Below, one piece after another: positions 17,776-23,623 of a DNA stretch of 23,623 nucleotides. The notes beneath the pieces are model-generated. The model did no database searches and was not told the origin of the DNA. It saw only the letters and a program-made list of their open reading frames with translations. Origin of the DNA: Promethearchaeia archaeon (GTDB lineage: Archaea > Asgardarchaeota > Lokiarchaeia > Sigyniarchaeales > SOKP01); contig JAHQWL010000069.1 in the NCBI GenBank assembly GCA_029856155.1, positions 1 to 23,623 on the forward strand, read 5' to 3'. The translations under genes and the position numbers were made by a program. How positions within the stretch are numbered: the stretch's first letter is position 1; every line of letters starts with the position of its first letter.

Positions 17776-18597
17776 ATGTCAGACGGTAATGACAATGATT
17801 TAAAAGAAGGAATTGATCAAGAAATTTCTTCTGATTCTCAATTAGCAGAAGCACAAGAAAATATTAAAAGTGAATCGTCTAGTGAAGAAATAAAGAAATT
17901 AGAAGAAAAAGAGCACTATGAATTGGAATACTTTTCAAAAGAAGATCTTGTGAAAGAAAAGGAAAATCTTGAAAAACAATTAAAAGAATTAAAAGAAAAG
18001 ACTGAGAAATTACAGAAAGAAACTGGTGAGTCCAAGAATAAATTTATACATCTCCAGGCTGAATTTGAAAATGCGCAGAAAAGATGGGATAAAAATCGAC
18101 AGAATCTAAGAATTGAATATACCGGTTCTGTTTTAAGAAATTTCTTACCTTTATATGATTCATTCAAAAAAGCTCTTGAAAGTGCAAGTGAAACGGAAAA
18201 AAAAATTATTGAAGGATTTTATAATCAATTTATGAATATATTCAAATCCTATGGCGTTGAGCCGATTAAAGTAGAAATAAACGATGAATTTGATTATAAT
18301 ATACATGAAGCATTAACTTCCATTGAAAAAGATGATATTCCAGAGAATAGGATACTAGAAATTGTCCAGGATGGTTTCAAATATGGAAAAGAAGTTATTC
18401 GTTATACTAAAGTTATAACCTCAAGAAAACCAAAACCTCCTGAACCAGAACCTGAAGAAAAAGAGACTGAAGAAGAGGTAAGTGAAGAACCAACAACAGA
18501 AGAAGAGAAAACTGAACATAAGGAAACAGAGGAAAAACAGATAAAAGAAAAAAAGCATAAAAAACATAAGAAAGAAAAAGATAATGAAAGTTCATAA
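17776..18597 (+). CDS. grpE: Nucleotide exchange factor GrpE with charged C-terminal extension
   Basis: Coiled coil, LQAEFEN..KR, FLPLYDSF.KAL, FDYNIHEAL, IVQDGFKYG.EVIRY.KV. Confidence 0.95.
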   Translation: MSDGNDNDLKEGIDQEISSDSQLAEAQENIKSESSSEEIKKLEEKEHYELEYFSKEDLVKEKENLEKQLKELKEKTEKLQKETGESKNKFIHLQAEFENAQKRWDKNRQNLRIEYTGSVLRNFLPLYDSFKKALESASETEKKIIEGFYNQFMNIFKSYGVEPIKVEINDEFDYNIHEALTSIEKDDIPENRILEIVQDGFKYGKEVIRYTKVITSRKPKPPEPEPEEKETEEEVSEEPTTEEEKTEHKETEEKQIKEKKHKKHKKEKDNESS

Positions 18598-18723
18598 TTT
18601 AATTATCTGAAATTTATATTATTTAACCTAAAAGATTAATAGTTTTACTATGTTATAAAAAATAAATAAACCTGAGAAATAGTTTAAAAAAATTACATTA
18701 AAATTTAGAGCTGAAATTAAAAA

Positions 18724-18978
18724 ATGGCAGAAGAACCTCAATTCCCAGCTATTCCGGCGATAGGAGATATCATAGACAGAAAAAAAAGGTTTGTTGAAAA
18801 AAAATATAGTGTAATTAAATGTAAAAGTTGTTCTGAGAGTTTTTCACGTACATTCAAACCTGGAGATTATGTATTTAAAAAATTAATAGAAGATGAATGT
18901 GAAAAGTGTCATAGGACAAAATCATTAACTATTATAGAAATCTATTCTGAGTGGATTGATCCTAAAAAAAAGAAATAA
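18724..18978 (+). CDS. Small archaeal zinc-ribbon protein of unknown function
   Basis: CKSC...R.FKPGDYVFK....CEKC...I..IY pattern with two CxxC pairs. Confidence 0.7.
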   Translation: MAEEPQFPAIPAIGDIIDRKKRFVEKKYSVIKCKSCSESFSRTFKPGDYVFKKLIEDECEKCHRTKSLTIIEIYSEWIDPKKKK

Positions 18979-19066
18979 ATCTCAAGTATTTAATAAATAT
19001 CTGCTTTTATAATATTTTAAGGATTATTTTATAGCAACGTTGAAATAATTAAAGTAGTGAAATTCA

Positions 19067-19588
19067 ATGCTCGAAGGAAAGAACATCAATTTAAGGATTG
19101 TAGAAAAAGATGATTTAATAATTATAAAAGAATGGACAAATAACCTTCATATAGATGGAGAATATTCTCCAATTTTACAGGAAACTATTAAAGATTTAGA
19201 AAAGCTATATGATAATTTAAAAGAAGGTAAATGGTATTTTATTGAGAAGAAAGATGAAATAAAAATTGGTTTTATTCTTCATATGTTATCTGGATCAGTG
19301 GTACCAGGTATAGGATATGCTATAATTCCAAGTGAAAGAGGAAAAGGTTACGGTACTGAGGCTGTAAAAATCGTAATTGATTATATATTTTTATCAAAAA
19401 ACATAGTTCGGATAACAGCTAAAACTCATCCTGATAATATAGCTTCGCAAAAAGTCTTAAAAAAAGCAGGTTTCAAAAAAGAGGGTATCCTCCGTAAAGA
19501 AATGTTTTTTCGGGGAAAATGGAATGATAGTGCTCTCTATAGTATTCTAAGAGAAGAATGGGAAGGACCAAAAATATTATTAAAATAA
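19067..19588 (+). CDS. GNAT N-acetyltransferase, RimJ/RimL family
   Basis: IGYAI.PSERGKGYGTEA, NIASQKVLKKAGFKKEGILRK..F.RGKW.D...YSILREEW. Confidence 0.92.
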   Translation: MLEGKNINLRIVEKDDLIIIKEWTNNLHIDGEYSPILQETIKDLEKLYDNLKEGKWYFIEKKDEIKIGFILHMLSGSVVPGIGYAIIPSERGKGYGTEAVKIVIDYIFLSKNIVRITAKTHPDNIASQKVLKKAGFKKEGILRKEMFFRGKWNDSALYSILREEWEGPKILLK

Positions 19589-19621
19589 ATATGATAGGAT
19601 GAATAATAAACCTTTTATTAT

Positions 19622-20257
19622 TCAAACCTTAGTTCTATTTCTATTAATCAGAATATATAGACATCCCAAAGCTAAACCAAATGCAACTAAAATTGAGACG
19701 AACATAACAAACCCTAATATACCAAGTGCGTTAATATCTAGAAAGTAATATAGATATTGACCCGTAAATGTACCATGGATAACAGCAAATATAATATAAC
19801 ATAATGGATATATAATCCAATAGGGTAAATAGTTCCATTTATATCTCACTTTAGTTTCTGTTAAAACCCAATCGATTATGAATGCGATTGGGGTAATATA
19901 ATGTAGAACAAAATTACTAAATGCTGCGAATCCTGTGGGTTGGTAAAAGGGGCTCAATAGAATTGCAAAGACCACGAAAGTTATTGTTATATACATGGTA
20001 AAAGCCCCTTTTAGAGGGCCCATAATTTTATCAAGAGATTCGGGTTTATTATGCCAAATAATTGCTAATGTAAGCCATATAGTGACTATTAAGTTTGTTT
20101 GCATAGTGAAAGCTTTAAAGCCATTAAACCAAGGAAGCACGTCTCCATAAGTAAAGGCATAGATTGAAGCGCTTGCTATTAAAGTAAACCAACTTAATGT
20201 AGCAAAAATAATACGATAAACCAAAAGGTTTTTACCTGAAAGAGTCAAATTTTTCAT
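19622..20257 (-). CDS. Pr6Pr / FAR-17a-AIG1-like integral membrane protein
   Basis: About 6 TM helices, FTMQTN, LHYITP...IDW, YPLCY, YLYYFLD motifs. Confidence 0.8.
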   Translation of the reverse strand: MKNLTLSGKNLLVYRIIFATLSWFTLIASASIYAFTYGDVLPWFNGFKAFTMQTNLIVTIWLTLAIIWHNKPESLDKIMGPLKGAFTMYITITFVVFAILLSPFYQPTGFAAFSNFVLHYITPIAFIIDWVLTETKVRYKWNYLPYWIIYPLCYIIFAVIHGTFTGQYLYYFLDINALGILGFVMFVSILVAFGLALGCLYILINRNRTKV

Positions 20258-20493
20258 CTTTATAAAATCCTTAATAAATTAAGATATTTATTTAGCAAGA
20301 GGAATAAAATTATAAATATTTCTTTTTCACCCATTAAAACTATATCTAAAAATAATTGAATTTTCTATTTCTCAAGCTCCTTAATTTTCCCTAATACGTA
20401 AAAAATTGTATAAAAAAAATTAAGATGTATATTTTAATAAAGATAATAATATGCATTATATAGAGATTGAATAATATTAACATTTGAAAAAAC

Positions 20494-20847
20494 TTGCAAC
20501 GTCTAAAAGAAATTTCGGAAAAATTATCGAAAAGAAAGATAAAATTAACTAAATCTTTAGACTCATTAATTACGCAATTAAAGGATTTTGGAGCAATTAA
20601 GATATATCTTTTTGGATCATATGTAAGGGATGAAATCGATGTAAATAGTGATCTCGATATATTTGTTATTATGCCTTCAAATAAAACGGGAAAAGAATGG
20701 TTAAATTTTATTTATAGTAATATTAAAAGAGAAGTTGCTTCAGATATTATTGTGTTTAATGATAATGAATTTAAAGATCAATTATCATCAAATTCCTTTT
20801 TAGAAAATATTATTAACTCAGGGAGATTAGTGTATGAAAAAACCTAA
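20494..20847 (+). CDS. Minimal nucleotidyltransferase (MNT), antitoxin-like
   Basis: IYLFGSYVR......SDLDI, third Asp in SDIIV, C-terminal II.SG.LVYE; TTG start. Confidence 0.88.
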   Translation: MQRLKEISEKLSKRKIKLTKSLDSLITQLKDFGAIKIYLFGSYVRDEIDVNSDLDIFVIMPSNKTGKEWLNFIYSNIKREVASDIIVFNDNEFKDQLSSNSFLENIINSGRLVYEKT

Positions 20848-21250
20848 AAAAGAAGAAGCTTTAAGATGGTTTACACACGCAAAAGATGAATTCACAGATG
20901 CAGATGAATTAAGGAAAAGAAAACGGTTTTACTTGGCTTTATTTCATTTCCAACAATCAACTGAAAAAGCACTTAAAGCTTATTTGTATTTAAAGGTGAA
21001 ATCTATTGAAATTTTTTATACACATTCTATAAATGATCTGATTAATATGGTAGTTGAAATTGATCGAGATTTTAAAGAATTAGTATCTGTGAAAAAGCTT
21101 GATCAATATTATATCCCTACTAGATATCCCAATGGTCTTCCTGGAGGCATTCCTTCAAGATATTATGATGATCCTGAAGAGGCAGAAAATGCTATGCAGC
21201 TAGCAAAAAGTATAATTGACTTAGTTGAGAAGAAAATAGAACAAGAATAA
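20834..21250 (+). CDS. HEPN domain protein (partner of MNT)
   Basis: W...A..E...A, FHFQQSTEKALKA, THSI..L, LDQYYIPTRYP; 14-bp overlap with the MNT gene. Confidence 0.9.
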   Translation: MKKPKKEEALRWFTHAKDEFTDADELRKRKRFYLALFHFQQSTEKALKAYLYLKVKSIEIFYTHSINDLINMVVEIDRDFKELVSVKKLDQYYIPTRYPNGLPGGIPSRYYDDPEEAENAMQLAKSIIDLVEKKIEQE

Positions 21251-21276
21251 TTAATTTCATAATAAAATGCTTTTTA

Positions 21277-22275
21277 TTATTCCTTTTCAAGCCCTAGCAT
21301 CTTAATTATTAAATTTGCCATAGAATAAGGATCTAACGATTTCTGAATAGCTTGATCTATATATTTTCCAATTTCTTTATCAGAATTGAGTAAGTTTTCA
21401 ACTTTTTCAGTTAATTTGTGTTTTAAAATCTGTAAGGTCTCATTTGTAATCCTATTTTTCATATAGTTCGTAATAACTCCTGATTCTTTTAAGAATAATT
21501 CATGCTTTTTTATTAATTCAAGGAACTCATCGAAATTTTCTCCAGTTTTGGAGTTTACTTTTGTAATTTCTGGTGTCCAAAGTTCTATCTTAGCATATTT
21601 TTTGTGTATTTCATTTGAATCGTATTTATAATTTTTTCTGAATTCTAACATTTGCTTTATTTCAGCAATCTTCTTATCTGCTCCTGCCAAATCCATTTTG
21701 TTCACTACAAATACATCCGTAATTTCCATGATACCTGATTTTATAGCCTGAATATCATCTCCTAATCCTGGCACTAATAAAACTACAACAGTTTGTGCAG
21801 ATTTGAAGATATCCACTTCAGATTGTCCAACACCAACCGTCTCAACGATAATAATGTCACATCCATAAGCATCAAGAATTTTAATTACATCCTCAGTAGC
21901 TCGAGCGAGCCCTCCAAGTTGTTCTCTATTTGCCATACTTCTAATAAAAACGTTATTTACTGAAAAATTTTGTTTCATACGGATTCTATCTCCTAAAAGA
22001 GCGCCGCCAGTCAAAGGAGAAGTAGGATCAACACAGATTATTCCAATTTTTTTTCCTTGGGCGATATAACTTTTAGTTAAAGTTGAGATAAAGGTTGATT
22101 TACCCGTTCCTGGAGCCCCTGTAATACCAAGAATATAGGCATTACCAGTATGTTCATAAATAGAATTTATTATTTTTTCAGCGGCAGCAATATCATTTTC
22201 TGCAAAAGTAATTAAACGTGCTGCTGCTCTAGGGTTTCCTTTTAATAAAAGAGAAATAAAATTAGAATAATCCAT
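21277..22275 (-). CDS. meaB: Methylmalonyl-CoA mutase-associated GTPase MeaB
   Basis: GITGAPGTGKST, VDPTSP.TGGALLGDRIRM, FIRSMA.R..LGGLA, ETVGVGQSE, GDDIQAIKSGIME, NKMD. Confidence 0.95.
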   Translation of the reverse strand: MDYSNFISLLLKGNPRAAARLITFAENDIAAAEKIINSIYEHTGNAYILGITGAPGTGKSTFISTLTKSYIAQGKKIGIICVDPTSPLTGGALLGDRIRMKQNFSVNNVFIRSMANREQLGGLARATEDVIKILDAYGCDIIIVETVGVGQSEVDIFKSAQTVVVLLVPGLGDDIQAIKSGIMEITDVFVVNKMDLAGADKKIAEIKQMLEFRKNYKYDSNEIHKKYAKIELWTPEITKVNSKTGENFDEFLELIKKHELFLKESGVITNYMKNRITNETLQILKHKLTEKVENLLNSDKEIGKYIDQAIQKSLDPYSMANLIIKMLGLEKE

Positions 22276-22282
22276 TCGAGTA

Positions 22283-22684
22283 TTATCTTTTCAAGTTGTT
22301 TTTAACAAATTCAACGATTGTTTTTAAATTAGTGCCAGGACCATAAAATCCTTTTAAACCATGATTTTCTAAAAATACTTTATCTTCATCGGGAATAATC
22401 CCACCCACAGCTACAAGAACATCATCAATACCATGTTCTTTTAATTTTTCCATAATTAAAGGACATAGTGCATTATGAGACCCAGATAACATACTTAACA
22501 TAACAGCATCGGGGTCTTCTTGGATAACAGTATTTACAACGTCATCAGGAGTTTGGTGTATACCTGTATAAATCACTTCCATCCCTGCGTCTCTTAAGGC
22601 TCTTGCAAGAACTTTTGCGCCTCTATCATGGCCATCTAGGCCTGGTTTACATACAAGAACTTTTATTTTTTTTTCTGTTGACAT
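22283..22684 (-). CDS. Cobalamin-binding small subunit of methylmalonyl-CoA (acyl-CoA) mutase
   Basis: KPGLDGHDRGAK (DxHxxG), SMLSGSH, VGGIIP, GPGT; AGGTG SD-like site upstream. Confidence 0.95.
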   Translation of the reverse strand: MSTEKKIKVLVCKPGLDGHDRGAKVLARALRDAGMEVIYTGIHQTPDDVVNTVIQEDPDAVMLSMLSGSHNALCPLIMEKLKEHGIDDVLVAVGGIIPDEDKVFLENHGLKGFYGPGTNLKTIVEFVKNNLKR

Positions 22685-22697
22685 ATGAAATCACACC

Positions 22698-23623
22698 TTA
22701 AAAAATTGAATCTTCATGATAAGTACCAAAAACTTCTGTTAATGCATTTATAATTTCTCCAATTGAGGTATATTCCCGTACTGCATCTACAATAAAAGGC
22801 ATTAAATTTTCTGTTCCTCTGGCTGCTTCTTTTAGTCTTTTTAATTTTTCTTGTACTTTATCATTATTTCTTTCTTCTTTTAATTTATTGAGTTTTCTAA
22901 TTTGTTCACTCGCAACCTCTTCATCAATTTTTAACAGTGGCACGGAGCATGGTTCTCTTTGCTCAAATTGATTTACAGCTACAATTGTTCTTTCTCTATT
23001 CTCTATTTCCCGCTGGTATTTATAAGATGAATTAGCAATTTCTTTTTGAAAGAAATTAGCTTTTATTGCTGGAACCACTCCACCAAGATCCTCAATTCTT
23101 TTAAAATAATTTTCTGCTTCTTCTTCCATTTTGTTTGTGAGCCATTCTACATAATAAGAACCTGCTAAAGGATCAACAGTATCAGTTACTCCCGATTCAT
23201 GTGCAATTATTTGTTGTGTTCTTAAAGCTATTTTTACAGCATTTTCAGTTGGAAGACATAGTGCTTCATCAAATGAATTTGTATGTAAGGATTGAGTTCC
23301 TCCTAGAACTGAAGCTAACCCCTGTATCGTTACTCTAGCAATATTATTTTCTGGTTCTTGAGCTGCCAATGAAACACCCGCAGTTTGAGTATGAAATCGT
23401 AATCGCATTGATTCAGATTTTTTTGCTCCATATTGGTTTTTCATATGCCTAGCCCAAATTCGCCGAGCAGCTCGATATTTACAAATCTCCTCAAAGAAAT
23501 TATTATGAGAATTGAAGAAAAAGGATAAACGAGGAGCAAAATCATCTATATCCAACCCCCTTTCGATCGCAGCTTCTACATAAGCAAATCCATCTGCTAA
23601 TGTAAATGCTAATTCTTGAACTG
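22698..23623 (-). CDS. Methylmalonyl-CoA (acyl-CoA) mutase large subunit, 5'-truncated by the window edge
   Basis: FAPRLSFFF, EEICKYRAARRIWA, RFHTQTAG, GGTQSLHTNSFDEAL.LPT, DPLAGSYYVE; frame continues past the ORF-track start (VQELAFTLADGFAYVEAAIERGLD) to the window end. Confidence 0.95.
   Translation of the reverse strand, partial: VQELAFTLADGFAYVEAAIERGLDIDDFAPRLSFFFNSHNNFFEEICKYRAARRIWARHMKNQYGAKKSESMRLRFHTQTAGVSLAAQEPENNIARVTIQGLASVLGGTQSLHTNSFDEALCLPTENAVKIALRTQQIIAHESGVTDTVDPLAGSYYVEWLTNKMEEEAENYFKRIEDLGGVVPAIKANFFQKEIANSSYKYQREIENRERTIVAVNQFEQREPCSVPLLKIDEEVASEQIRKLNKLKEERNNDKVQEKLKRLKEAARGTENLMPFIVDAVREYTSIGEIINALTEVFGTYHEDSIF

Noticed and set aside
17916-18595. Two antisense ORFs in grpE
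   Set aside because: Phe/Ser/Leu-rich mirror of Glu/Lys codons.
22698-23623. Assigning mutase substrate specificity (methylmalonyl vs isobutyryl vs 2-hydroxyisobutyryl-CoA)
   Set aside because: The specificity-determining N-terminal residues lie outside the window.

Overview
AT-rich (about 30% GC by eye) archaeal chromosomal window, most likely from Lokiarchaeia/Asgard. This is inferred from the IPGY-TM-basic C-terminal sorting signal, the NosD-type surface proteins, the split archaeal methylmalonyl-CoA mutase operon and the short-form DnaK. Housekeeping and metabolic genes: SAM methyltransferase, degenerate rubrerythrin with 3 rubredoxin domains, SPFH protein with an apparent ATT start, glutamine synthetase, a six-repeat surface protein, an unannotated 38-aa rubredoxin-like protein, NTPase, lipase, dnaJ, dnaK, divergent grpE, GNAT, Pr6Pr membrane protein, MNT-HEPN pair and mutase/B12-domain/meaB. 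The main feature is the 5.3 kb between dnaJ and dnaK. It contains two ~1.8-kb imperfect direct repeats, each made of promoter + beta-helix surface gene + the 3' end of dnaK, flanking a single S41 peptidase gene. This leaves an intact, synonymously diverged orphan dnaK C-terminal tail at 11902-12060. The layout suggests cargo cassettes that enter at, and replace, the 3' end of dnaK, although no integrase is present in the window.
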